DNA of 63,217 nt, the filler included, from Nemertoderma westbladi (taxonomy: Eukaryota > Animalia > Xenacoelomorpha): NCBI GenBank assembly GCA_032718475.1. It is 4 parts of 4 records of this genome, joined end to end, with 100 filler letters (N's around TTAATTAATTAA, not from the genome) between each part and the next. Parts side by side here need not be neighbours in the genome. Positions count along the whole stretch, not along the records: positions 12,025 to 37,356 come from JAUCBJ010006280.1; 3 more parts are not named here. One strand, given 5' to 3'. Made by a program: the position numbers and the translations under genes. Below the pieces are notes generated by a model that made no database searches, was not told where the DNA came from, and was given only the letters and a program-made list of their open reading frames with translations. Shown here one piece after another: positions 12,506-25,025 of the stretch. The stretch's first letter is position 1. Every line of letters begins with the position of its first letter.

Positions 12506-13639
12506 TTTCAAATCATTTCAAAGGTTCTAAATATTTATGAATAAAACGCTAAAGAAATACATAATGTCCACCCTAACTGCGAGTTATTAAAGTAATATGG
12601 CCCATTTTTCACCAAAATTGGCCAAAACAGGTGTAAATTATTCCAAACTTTTTTTTCACCAGAATATAGTAAACCCATATATTTTCTGAAAGCTCTTGAT
12701 GTCATGAATTTCATGGGGACCATGGACAAACACTTCTGCGCCGTTGAAAAATTTTATTTGGCATTTAAAAGAAGTCCGCCCTGTAATGATTTGTTCGGCC
12801 TGTAATGGTTAACATTTCATTATAAATTCATTGTAAATATATCATTATGTCTGCGCCCTGTAATGATTTGTCCGGCTTGTAATGCATATATTTGTATATA
12901 TGTATAATGTATATATATAATGTATATATATAATAATCCCCGTCTATAATTTTATTTTGAATAGTGAAAGATATACAGTACTTTTATATATTAAACATAT
13001 ATATTACATAGTGAACGTGATCCCAGAGCCTCCCAGAGTCCTATATTACCAGGGTGATTGATTTATTGTTTATAAATAATTTGCTTTTTAATTCTTTCAA
13101 ATAGGCAATGTCTGACCATTACAGGGGCCGGACAAAGTGATTGTCACATTACCTTGTTCTACTTATAAGACGATTACTTGGACGGAAATTAAGCAAATGC
13201 GATGAAATTTTAACAAGGTCATCCTGATAAAATTTGCTTTCAAATTAATATTTACTTTTAGGATAGCTCTTGAAAAGTTATGATGAAATCAGCACCATTA
13301 CAGGGTCGGACATAAAAATCAGAAAAGTGTCGGACACGATGTTAAATGCAGAAGTACGACACCAGCTACATTGTTATGTATACAAATATTGCTGAAAACG
13401 AATTTCCATTTATCCAACTTTCTAACGGTAGGCCTATGTTGGTTTACTGGATATGACCTAGGGTTGGAATTTTATAACAGTTTGTTCTACTAGCACTTTG
13501 CACCTAGGACATTTAAAAATGTCATTTTTTGGCCATATCATGTTCTGCTGCGGGAAGATATTATACATTATATAATATATATGTTATTATGATTATGCAT
13601 GGGTGTGTGTCGTTTGTCGAATATATTCTGTCGTGCCAT

Positions 13640-15500
13640 ATGTGCGTGGGGGTGGGATGGGGTGTGCGTGGGGGTGGGATAGGGTGTGCGTGGGGTGGGA
13701 TGGGGTGTGCGTGGGGTGGAATGGGGTGTGCGTGGGGGTGGGATGGGGTGTGCGTGGGGTGGGATGGGGTGTGCGTGGGGGTGGAATGGGGTGTGCGTGG
13801 GGGTGGAATGGGGTGTGCGTGGGGGTGGGATGGGGTGTGCGTGGGGTGGGATGGGGTGTGCGTGGGGGTGGGATGGGGTGTGCGTGGGGGTGGGATGGGG
13901 TGTGCGTGGGGTGGGATGGGGTGTGCGTGGGGATAGAATGGGGTGTGCGTGGGGGTGGAATGGGGTGTGCGTGGGGGTGGGATGGGGTGTGCGTGGGGGT
14001 GGGATGGGGTGTGCGTGGGGTGGGATGGGGTGTGCGTGGGGGTGGAATGGGGTGTGCGTGGGGGTGGGATGGGGTGTGCGTGGGGTGGATGGGGTGTGCG
14101 TGGGGTGGAATGGGGTGTGCGTGGGGTGGGATGGGGTGTGCGTGGGGGTGGGATGGGGTGTGCGTGGGGTGGAATGGGGTGTGCGTGGGGTGGGATGGGG
14201 TGTGCGTGGGGGTGGAGATGGGGTGTGCGTGGGGGTGGGATGGGGTGTGCGTGGGGTGGGATGGGGTGTGCGTGGGGATGGAATGGGGTGTGCGTGGGGG
14301 TGGAATGGGGTGTGCGTGGGGTGGGATGGGGTGTGCGTGGGGGTAGAATGGGGTGTGCGTGGGGGTGGAATGGGGTGTGCGTGGGGTGGGATGGGGTGTG
14401 CGTGGGGTGGAATGGGGTGTGCGTGGGGATGGAATGGGGTGTGCGTGGGGGTGGAATGGGGTGTGCGTGGGGTGGGATGGGGTGTGCGTGGGGTGGGATG
14501 GGGTGTGCGTGGGGGTGGGATGGGGTGTGCGTGGGGATAGAATGGGGTGTGCGTGGGGGTGGGATGGGGTGTGCGTGGGGTGGGATGGGGTGTGCGTGGG
14601 GTGGAATGGGGTGTGCGTGGGGGTGGGATGGGGTGTGCGTGGGGTGGAATGGGGTGTGCGTGGGGGTGGGATGGGGTGTGCGTGGGGTGGAATGGGGTGT
14701 GCGTGGGGGTGGGATGGGGTGTGCGTGGGGTGGGATGGGGTGTGCGTGGGGTAGATGGGGTGTGCGTGGGGGTGGGATGGGGTGTGCGTGGGGTGGGATG
14801 GGGTGTGCGTGGGGGTAGAATGGGGTGTGCGTGGGGGTGGAATGGGGTGTGCGTGGGGTGGGATGGGGTGTGCGTGTGGGTGGAATGGGGTGTGCGTGGG
14901 GTGGAATGGGGTGTGCGTGGGGTGGAATGGGGTGTGCGTGGGGGTGGAATGGGGTGTGCGTGGGGGTGGGATGGGGTGTGCGTGGGGGTGGAATGGGGTG
15001 TGCGTGGGGGTGGGATGGGGTGTGCGTGGGGGTGGAATGGGGTGTGCGTGGGGGTGGGATGGGGTGTGCGTGGGGTGGAATGGGGTGTGCGTGGGGGTGG
15101 GATGGGGTGTGCGTGGGGGTGGAATGGGGTGTGCGTGGGGGTGGGCTGGGGTGTGCGTGTGGGTGGAATGGGGTGTGCGTGGGGGTGGGATGGGGTGTGC
15201 GTGGGGGTGGAATGGGGTGTGCGTGGGGGTGGGATGGGGTGTGCGTGGGGGTGGAATGGGGTGTGCGTGGGGGTGGGATGGGGTGTGCGTGGGGTGGTAT
15301 GGGGTAGCGTGGGGGTGGGATGGGGTGTGCGTGGGGGTGGGATGGGGTGTGCGTGGGGGTGAGAATGGGGTGTGCGTGGGGGTGGGATGGGGTGTGCGTG
15401 GGGGTGGAATGGGGTGTGCGTGGGGGTGGGCTGGGGTGGTATGGGGTAGCGTGGGGGTGGGATGGGGTGTGCGTGGGGGTGGGATGGGGTGTGCGTGGGG
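13640..15500. repeat. G-rich minisatellite, 21-22-bp unit GGGGTGTGCGTGGGG(G)TGG(G/A)AT
   Basis: About 1.86-kb homogeneous array. It is the source of the spurious Pro/His- and Gly/Trp-rich ORFs. Confidence 0.97.
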
Positions 15501-16154
15501 TGTTGTATGTGTGAATTATTATAATTATAAGACGTAGCATTTCGATCTCGTGCGATGGGTAATTCTCCTAATATTATCATAATACGGACCTTTTCAGAAT
15601 GGTTCTACCCACGACCTTTTCCAAATTGTGAGACATCTATAAGTTATCTTAATTATTTGTCTCAATAGGCACACCTTACGCAGCAATTGACTTTACTTTA
15701 ATTGATATATTTGTTATAAATGTGTTCATTTATTGCAATTTTAGGCTGAGTTTATATTATAATAATTATAATATAATATAATTATAATATTATATCCTAA
15801 TAACTAACTAAATTCTCTTTCAGTTCCCAGCACTACTTTCAGACACTAAAGTTGCAATAACTTGTGAGTGTGTTGATGGATTTTGCTCAAATTACTTGCA
15901 AAACCCTTCTATGTCGATGCTCTTTCAATAAAATTTAAGAAATTCCACCAAAAACATTTTCGCCGGGAAAAAAGCAATGCAATCCTGGGTGACTTTTTCT
16001 GTAGTGGAAAAAGTACTCGTTTTTCTCCCTATTTTGGGGTTTATTAGGGTGAAAAGAATCAATTTAAGAATAATAATATTTATAATAACTTCCTACTTTC
16101 AGTCTTAACATTTTATAAGTTAATCTACGACACCAGCACACAACCTAGAGTTAC

Positions 16155-17123
16155 CTAGGTAACAAATAGTTTCTCATCCTTCCTACGTTTCTGCACTACA
16201 GTACCGGGTTTATGTTGTGCGTCTGGGTGGTTAGACAGCTCCAGCGGGCACTGCGAGACTGGACTCTCATTGATAGTCTGCTTGAGGTCGTAGAATATTG
16301 CGTTGTCCTCCGGGGTAACGAAGCTAATGGCTACACCCGTCTTACCCGCTCGGCCCGTACGACCTATACGATGGGTGTAGTCCTCGATACTTTTCGCCAT
16401 ATCGTAGTTCAACACTAAACTAACATCGCGAATATCGATACCACGACCCGCAACATCCGTAGCCACCAACATATCTTTAACGCCGCTCTTTAAGGATTGC
16501 AAAGCGAACTCCCTCTGTTCTTGCCCTTTCCCTCCATGGAGTGTAGTCGCAGAGAAACCAATCTTTTCCAGAGATTTCGCTAAGATATCGGCCCCTTTCT
16601 TTTGATTAACAAATATAAGAACAGGAGGAGTTATACCCGCGTTTAAGATGCTCAAGAGTTTCTTCTTTTTCTCTCCCTCCTTTACCATATAGACTATCTG
16701 CTGAGTACGTTCAGTAGGTTTACCCACCGATCCAATGTAGACGAAAGCGGGACGACGTAGGTAATTCTTGGCGATACGTTCCACCGCTGGAGGCATCGTA
16801 GCCGTAAACATTACGGTCTGCCGATATTTAGTTTTGGAATTAAAGTTAACCGCCATCATGGACGGATCCTCTATATCGTCTGTGTCGGGTTTCTCGTTGC
16901 TAACTGGAAGGTAAGACAGAATCTTCTGAACATCCGGTTCGAATCCCATGTCTATCATTCTATCGGCCTCGTCCATTATAACGTAAGTGCACTGACCGAG
17001 TACAAGGTACCTGTTCTCTAACACGTCCACTAGTCTACCAGGGGTCGCAATAACGATCTCGCAACCTCGTCGCAGTTTAAACCCCTGTTCCTCTCGCGAT
17101 ATTCCACCAATAATTGCCACAAC
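16155..17123 (-). CDS. DDX23: DDX23/Prp28 U5 snRNP DEAD-box helicase, exon 2
   Basis: Acceptor ttcttag|[64 protein letters not shown], and C-terminal HPDAQHKPG. Confidence 0.96.
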   Translation of the reverse strand, partial: VVAIIGGISREEQGFKLRRGCEIVIATPGRLVDVLENRYLVLGQCTYVIMDEADRMIDMGFEPDVQKILSYLPVSNEKPDTDDIEDPSMMAVNFNSKTKYRQTVMFTATMPPAVERIAKNYLRRPAFVYIGSVGKPTERTQQIVYMVKEGEKKKKLLSILNAGITPPVLIFVNQKKGADILAKSLEKIGFSATTLHGGKGQEQREFALQSLKSGVKDMLVATDVAGRGIDIRDVSLVLNYDMAKSIEDYTHRIGRTGRAGKTGVAISFVTPEDNAIFYDLKQTINESPVSQCPLELSNHPDAQHKPGTVVQKRRKDEKLFVT

Positions 17124-17184
17124 CTAAGAAGGTAAAAAAAGGCGATAATGTAAATATTGTCAGGGAAATATTTAGATAGTGCGA

Positions 17185-18062
17185 GGGGGTCAGGTAAGGT
17201 CATATACGGACCGGGTTGGGGGTCAGGGAGGGTCACATACGGACCTGGTTGGGGGTCAGGGAGGGTCACATACGGACCTGGTTGGGGGTCAGGGAGAGTC
17301 ATATACGAACCGGGTTGGGGGTCAGGGAGGGTCACATACGGACCTGGTTGGGGGTCAGGGAAGGTCACATACGGACCGGGTTGGGGCTCAGGGAGGGTCA
17401 TATACGGACCGGTTTGGGGGTCAGGGAGGGTCACATACGGACCTGGTTGGGGGTCAGGGAAGGTCACATACGGACCGGGTTGGGGGTCAGGGAAGGTCAC
17501 ATACGGACCTGGTTGGGGGTCGTGCGTGAGGGTCTCATACGGACCTGGTTGGGGGTCAGGGAGGGTCACATACGGACCTGGTTGGGGGTCAGGGAGGGTC
17601 ACATACGGGCCTGGTTGGGGGTCAGGGAAGGTCATATACGGACCTGGTTGGGGGTCGTGCGTGAGGGTCTCATACGGACCTGGTTGGGGGTCAGGGAGGG
17701 TCACATACGGACCTGGTTGGGGGTCAGGGAGGGTCACATACGGGCCTGGTTGGGGGTCAGGGAAGGTCACATACGGACCTGGATGGGGGTCGTGCGTGAG
17801 GGTCTCATACGGACCTGGTTGGGGGTCAGGGAGGGTCACATACGGACCTGGTTGGGGGTCAGGGAGGGTCACATACGGGCCTGGTTGGGGGTCAGGGAGG
17901 GTCACATACGGGCCTGGTTGGGGGTCGTGCGTGAGGGTCTCATACGGACCTGGTTGGGGTCAGAGTGGGTCACATCGGAACTGGTTGGGGGTCAGGGTGG
18001 GTTACATACGGACCTGGTTGGGGGTCAGGTAAGGTCATATACGGACCTGGTTGGGGGTCAAG
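17185..18062. repeat. 30/33-bp minisatellite (GGGTCAGGGAGGGTCACATACGGACCTGGTTGG) at the 3' end of the DDX23 intron
   Basis: About 29 visible units. Confidence 0.95.
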
Positions 18063-19886
18063 GAAGGTCCATGACCTACTATAGATACGACCCGCCAAGC
18101 TGCTGCAAAGCCCCTAAATTTAGTGGGCCAGTTATTTATCTTAGATAGAACCCCTGAAACATTATGTCTAGCGCGTCGAAAGTGCTTGTCCCTAACTAAA
18201 ATTATATCCTCTTCAGATGAGACAAATAAAAAGTTAATAGCTCCAGTAGTTTTCGAGATATATGAGGAGTTCCTGGCACCCATACCATTTCGGAACCTTT
18301 CGGAATTGAAAAAATTACACAAAATACATCACCCTTCAAAGACTTTGGTATAACCATGAAACCCTACTATGCTTTTTTGGTTTGTTGAATTCATTATTAG
18401 TAATCGAAAGCAAGAAGAGAAGCAAAATTTAAATTTTTTTTATCAATAGATACTAAAATAGCACCAAAAGTGCAAGTAGCACTTTTTTCAAAAGTGGTAA
18501 ATTGGCCATACAGTTTGGTTACCGGTACTGAGGTTTTATAATGTGGTGATTTCATTGGGAAGGTTTATTCCCAATTAAACGTCGACATCAAACATATCGA
18601 CGAGTTGCGTAATATAACAGCTTAGGCATGTTGTTATATTAGTTATGTAGTAGTAGTGGAAATATGATAATGAAAAATCACCACGAAAACAAATTGATTT
18701 TATGACCATATGGTTTTTTTGGGATGCTGATCACGAATGACACTGAAAAAAAATATCCTACCTTGTTGATTACGGCTTTTTTAGATACGTGTCAATATGC
18801 GGCACGAAAAATACAAGTAGCACAAATTTGATAATCAAAAATCATTACCGAATCAACTTGATTTTATGCCATTATGGGTTTTCTGGGACTCTAATCACGA
18901 ATATGACACTCATAAATATCGTTTTATCCAACCAAATTTGATTTTTGCCGTTTGAAATTTTATGCTACTTGTATTTTTCGACCCACCAGACAAACACCAA
19001 AAACGATAGTTGCGATACCACGAATTATTTTTAACGAGTTGAATCGTCAGCGGATTTGAAAACCAGTATAGCTTCAGAATTACAAAACCAAAGGTAAAAC
19101 TTAACAGTTTGAAATTTTTGCAACTTGTACTTTTCGTTCTGGGGCACCAGAATGTCACCAAAATTGGGTTTGCAAATACCAGAAATATTTATAACTACTT
19201 TCATCGTTATCAGCCACCTCGAAAATCCATACGTTCAGAATTATCAAACCAAACTCAAAATGTTTACTTTGACAATTTTTTACTTGTACTTTTCGTCCTG
19301 GGGGCCAAAATAGCCGCCCATGTGAAGAATACCAGGATTTCACTTTTCGGCTAATTTTTAATCAAAATTTTGATCACTTACGAAACACGAAGGAATTATT
19401 GTATTTCATTTCTATTTAGCGCTGGTGTTTTTATTATGGTATCAAGTGTGTTTTCATGGCAGCTTAGTCTAATATTGTTTATTAATTACAATAAAGCACA
19501 GCGAAACAAATTACTTTTAGCCACCCCCACCTGCCCACCTCCCCATTGCTCAATCAGTTATATGGGACATTAACAATTATGTGAAAACATAATTAATTAT
19601 TTATACCGTATAATAATGCATTCATTGCTTATTAAATGACTATAAACCTTTGAATTCACGTTGATTTAGCCTCAATATATACGAACGATTTACAATTCGT
19701 ACGATCAATATTTGCGACAACAATAATTAATTTCAACAAATAATTTAATTTCTTACAAACAATATCGTTCGTAAATTTATTAACGGTCAATCTTAAATTG
19801 CAGTGAATAACCGCAAAGTTATATTCACACTCACCCTGGTAAGGTCATATACAAAAGACGGAACCGTTTGTTGTTGTTTGTTTGTC

Positions 19887-20840
19887 GTGGAACCTTTGGC
19901 CCACTTTGTGGAACCATTGACCCACTTTGTGGAACCATTGACCCACTTTGTGGAACCATTGACCCACTTTGTGGAACCTTTGGCCAACTTTGTGGAACCA
20001 TTGACCCACTTTGTGGAACCTTTGGCCAACTTTGTGGAACCATTGACCCACTTTGTGGAACCATTGACCCACTTTGTGGAACCTTTGGCCAACTTTGTGG
20101 AACCATTGACCCACTTTGTGGAACCATTGACCCACTTTGTGGAACCTTTGGCCAACTTTGTGGAACCATTGACCCACTTTGTGGAACCATTGACCCACTT
20201 TGTGGAACCTTTGGCCAACTTTGTGGAACCATTGACCCACTTTGTGTGGAACCTTTGGCCAACTTTGTGGAACCATTGACCCACTTTGTGGAACCTTTGG
20301 CCAACTTTGTGGAACCATTGACCCACTTTGTGGAACCTTTGGCCAACTTTGTGGAACCATTGACCCACTTTGTAGAACCATTGGCCAACTTTGTGGAACC
20401 ATTGACCCACTGTGGAACCTTTGGCCAACTTTGTGGAACCATTGACCCACTTTGTGGAACCATTGACCCACTTTGTGGAACCATTGACCCACTTTGTGGA
20501 ACCTTTGGCCAACTTTGTGGAACCATTGACCCACTTTGTGGAACCATTGACCCACTTTGTGGAACCTTTGGCCAACTTTGTGAAACCATTGACCCACTTT
20601 GTGGAACCTTTGGCCAACTTTGTGGAACCATTGACCCACTTTGTGGAACCATTGACCCACTTTGTGGAACCTTTGGCCAACTTTGTGGAACCATTGACCC
20701 ACTTTGTGGAACCTTTGGCCAACTTTGTAGAACCATTGATCCACTTTGTGGAACCATTGACCCTCTTTGTGGAACCTTTGGCCAACTTTGTGGAACCATT
20801 GACCCACTTTGTGGAACCATTGACCCAAATTTGTGGAACC
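19887..20840. repeat. 21-bp minisatellite with two variants (TTTGTGGAACCATTGACCCAC / TTTGTGGAACCTTTGGCCAAC) at the 5' end of the DDX23 intron
   Basis: About 45 units, starting about 25 nt from the donor site. Confidence 0.95.
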
Positions 20841-20865
20841 TCGGGTTAGGTAAGGATATACGAAC

Positions 20866-22437
20866 CTGGATTGTCAGCGGGTCGGCGAACTTATGGGCTT
20901 CCTCCTCTATCTGTTGGGCGAGTTCCCTTGTGGGCGCCAAGACGACGGCGTAGGGGCCCTGATCCGCATCCTCTAGCCGCTGCATCCGGGGCAACCCGCT
21001 GATCCAGACCAGCAGCGGGATGAGGAAGGCAGCGGTCTTACCGGACCCAGTCTCCGCCACGCCCACAATGTCTCGGTTCTGCAGACCTATTGGAATGGCT
21101 TGCCGTTGTATCGGGGTGGGTTCCACGTAACCGGCCTTGCGGATAACCTCCAAGATAAAGTCCGGAAGCCCCCCTTCCGACCACTTCCGGAAAGGCAGTG
21201 GAATTCGCCCGCCTTTCGACGCGATATTATAATCCTCTTTGAATATCCTCCAGTCCCTTTCTGTCATCTCATCCAGCGGTTTCGCGCTCCAATGTCGTTC
21301 ATCCCACTTTACTCTCGCTTCCTTCTCGGCAACTCGCTTCAACCTGCCGACTTCCTGGACTTTCTCCTGTTGGGTACGTCGCCGTTCCAATAAGTCCCCG
21401 TAGAACTCGCTCTGCTCTTTCTTCTGCTGTTTGATATCGATTCCGGCGATGTGCCCACGACCGAACAGCTGCACCTGATGGCGACTCTTATACAACGGGT
21501 TCACATCGGTCGATGTATCCTCCCACGGGTCCCAATCGAACACGAACTTCTTATCGTTCCATCGCCGTTGTCGACGACGCTTCCCGCCTCCCAAACCCAG
21601 GTACTGGTTCTTTATCTGCTCGATCTCTTTATCCTCCATGTTCTCACCTGGTTTAACAGGTTCTTTATCTTTTTCTTCAACCCTCTTATTCCTCCTGTCC
21701 CTGTCGTCTCGTTGAACGTGTTTAACTTTTTCCCTATCGAGTTCTCGACTCCGTTTCACTTCTACTTTCCTATCGCCTTCCTTTAGGAAACTCAGTCTTT
21801 TCTGCCTATCCTCTTCCTGTATTCGCCTTGTGTTCTCACCCTCCGCCTTCCTTTTCGCCAACGCCTCGGCCGTTCGCTGTTCTTTCGTTAGGAACTTCGG
21901 TTTGGATTTCTCCAGATCATCCCGAAGTTTCCTCGCTAGGATTTCCTCCAATGATTTTGGTGGCGGTTTCGCTGGCTGTTTGGGCGTTTCGCTGGGTGGA
22001 AGCGGAGGTAACGGTGGTGGTGGTGCGGCGTTAGGTACCGGAGGTGGCGACGGTCTCTTCGATTTATTGGATGGCGACCGCCTACGGGATTCTTTATGTC
22101 TCGGAGATCGACGGGTCGGTGTCCGCCGACGAGGCGACCGACTACCGTTCGATCGTTTGCGTTTCTTTCTATGACTATGCGAAGAGTCGCGATCTTTGTG
22201 TTTTTTTGATTTATGTCTCGGTTTTTCCCGCGAACTCGCGGATTTATCAGTTGTCCCGGCGGCGGAATCTGCAACTTTACCTGTTTGCGAATTATTCAGT
22301 TTACTTTCGTCGTCACTTTCGGAATAAACGGCGGAGGGCGAATATAAGAGAGCATTCCGATTTCGTCCATCGCTATGTGAGGAATGACTCTGCGAATTCT
22401 GCTCAGTGTAGTCCTTTTGTAATTCAAATAGAGCCAT
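20866..22437 (-). CDS. DDX23: DDX23/Prp28, exon 1 (RS-like N-terminus, Q motif, motif I)
   Basis: [57 protein letters not shown]. Donor CAG|gttcgt at 20866/20865, phase 0. Spliced protein is 846 aa. Confidence 0.95.
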
Positions 22438-23516
22438 TACAAAGTATCTAGATCTTACGATCTATTACTGTACCATTATTACTGTATTATCTAAGGTAGC
22501 CGTCGGTAGGCCTGCACGCACAAGCACAAGGCCAATGCTACCTATTAGTCCAGGAGACGCCCTTAGTCACCCAATACAACAACCTTAAAGTAGCGTACGG
22601 ACGCAATTTTATTTCTTTGAATGATAGTTTGTATTGTCCCAATAGCAAATCGAGCGATTTCCGGAACAATTAGTTTGAGCAATTTTTTTTATTCGAATTT
22701 TAACTGTGCACTTTCGCTCAAAGCATCAATAAATATGTTAAAGCCGTTTTCAGAGCAATTGTGATGGAAACTGATGTTCCAGAATAGATTTATAGTGTAA
22801 GTTTAATAGTAAGCAGTAATTGTCACTGAAAATTAATACTTAAAATACACTACCGGTACGGGAATGGTGTGTAATTATTTGTTTTAACCATTATCATTGT
22901 CATATAGGAGAAGTGTGTTGTCTGTATAGATCGCCCTTCCTCCAGTAGTGCCTCTAACTAACGGCATTATAGTATAGTATATATGCTCACTTTTCAGAAT
23001 TTATAGTAACTTTTTTTAATTTTCTACTACTTTTTTTAATGTTCTAGAATATATTACTAAAACTAGTAATATATTCTAGATCTATTCTATATTCTAATAT
23101 TTAAGCTATTTGACTAAAAAATTTGTTCTAGAAAAAATATTTTTTTTACACTTAAAAAAAAATGGCAACAGTTCCGCCCGTCTTCCCATATGGCACTTGT
23201 GTGTTATAGGTACACCACCCCAGAAAATTTTTATTATAGCATATTTTTGCCAACTTTGTTTGGAAATGTTCTAGAACATGTCATATATTTAATAATTTAT
23301 ATAATAAAATATTCTAGAACAATGTAAGAATGACTGATTTGAGTCTAGAGGAATTTAATAAGTCTTATACAGTATAAGTCTTCTACAGTATGCAATTACT
23401 GTAATTTCTCAATATATGACCTCAACAGTGAAATCCTTCTTTTAAAATTAGCTATTAAAAAAATACTAGCTACACCCCATCTACCCACTCACCTTGCCAG
23501 CAACGATAAAAATTAG

Positions 23517-24560
23517 ATGGTAAAGATTATAAAGATTAGATTAGATTTATCATTAAAAAGATGGACCAGATTAAGTGACTTTTCATTAGATTATTTATTC
23601 TTTCCCATCCATTGTAACAACCATTGGACACTGCTTACCTTTTCACCAGCTACATGGGAGATTTGCTATTTCAACTCACTTGGTGGATTGGACTTAAAAC
23701 TCATAGATGAATTCAAATTATGGGTATCTAATGAGGCTAATCGTTTCAGTATCCCTCTATGTGATTTTCATATCATATTTTTTATATTTTCATATGTGAC
23801 TCCCTAAGCTCCAGTACAATGGTTATCAATGTGATATCTACGTCTGTAAGTTTGCACAACTCATCCTAAATAAGGAGTCGATTGAAACAGTTAACGATAC
23901 CTCTATCCAGTCCTTTCGTGTATATCTTCATCCCTTGGTGTCATCAAAATCAGTTCTAGTGAAAGCTGCAGACTCAGTCCCCTCACAACCCACTAACACC
24001 CAGTTACCTCCTACCACCCAATCAGTTTCTCCTCCAACCCATCAACCCTCCCCAACTCAGCAAGGTTATCTTAACCAGCCTCCTATTGCACAAACTGGCA
24101 AAAATCTATGCCCTTCCTGCCAAAAAATGATTGCAGCCAATCAAAGTGGTAAGTTGCGGAAGCATAAGAATGTGAAGGGTACATCCTGTATAGGATCTGG
24201 TTTTAGAATTTCCCATTTAACTCCTTGCATATCTAAACCTCAAAATCCAGTAATTACATCTAGAGTTGGGGATACTATATCAATAGCAGAAGATCCTAGT
24301 ACCACCAAGGATCCAATGTCGCTCAGTTCACAGCGCTACTGTGGCTGCACGAGTAGTGGATGTAGCCCCACCAGTCGATGTGGATGTGTCAGGGCCCAAC
24401 GCCCTTGTGCGAATTGCACGCCGTCGTCGTCAGGAAGCTGTTTAAACCCACAAACAGCCGCTCTAAACAGCAACGCAAGCTTGGCAGCTGGAAACAACGC
24501 AGGCCAACTTTCTCCCACTAGCTCGGGCCCTTCTCCGGTAGCAGGCACATTTTTTAGTTC
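23517..24560 (+). pseudogene. Frameshifted Ulp1/C48 protease plus Cys-rich (zinc finger, CXC-like) fragment, probably from a retroelement N-terminus
   Basis: FFPIHCNNHWTLL...ICYFNSL, a frameshift near 23800, then QYNGYQCDIYVCKFA running in frame into ORF 23935 (CPSC...HK...C; YCGCTSSGCSPTSRCGCVRAQRPCANCTP...C). Confidence 0.65.
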
Positions 24561-24732
24561 TACTGTATATCACATTATTAATTTTATAAAATAGCTGGTA
24601 TTTTCTACTTCTTTTTATAAATGTTATAGAACACGTGTAAGCTATCAATTTGGATAAATATTTTTGCTTTAGAACATATTTTTTGTACTATGTAGAACAT
24701 TTTTAGGAAAAAAGTTAAAAAAATTGTTACTA

Positions 24733-25025
24733 TCGATATTTTTCATCACTCTATATTTTTCAACACTCGATATTTTTACTCTCGATATTTTTACTCTCGA
24801 TATTTTTACTCTCGATATTTTTCAACACTCGATATTTTTACTCTCGATATTTTTCAACACTCGATATTTTTACTCTCGATATTTTTCAACACTCGATATT
24901 TTTACTCTCGATATTTTTACTCTCGGTATTTTTTGAACTCTCGATATTATTGTCATTTTTCAACACTCGATATTTTTACTTGCGTTATTTTTACTCTCGA
25001 CATTTTTCATGTCTCGATATTTTTC
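24733..25025. repeat. 15-16-bp tandem repeat CTCGATATTTTTACT
   Basis: Directly visible. Similar in style to MULE subterminal tandem arrays. Confidence 0.9.

Noticed and set aside
13529-15580. Long Pro/His/Thr- and Gly/Trp/Val-rich ORFs on both strands
   Set aside because: Translations of a stop-free minisatellite, open in many frames at once.
17030-20953. Repetitive ORFs (PDPQPGPYVTL, FVEPLTH) and a possible CRISPR-like array
   Set aside because: Tandem intronic repeats with no unique spacers and no cas genes. The context is eukaryotic.
23040-23320. Heat-shock elements (TTCTAGAA cluster) upstream of DDX23
   Set aside because: Only two-unit nTTCnnGAAn motifs, and similar motifs recur beyond the Ulp1 fragment, so they are more likely transposon subterminal repeats.
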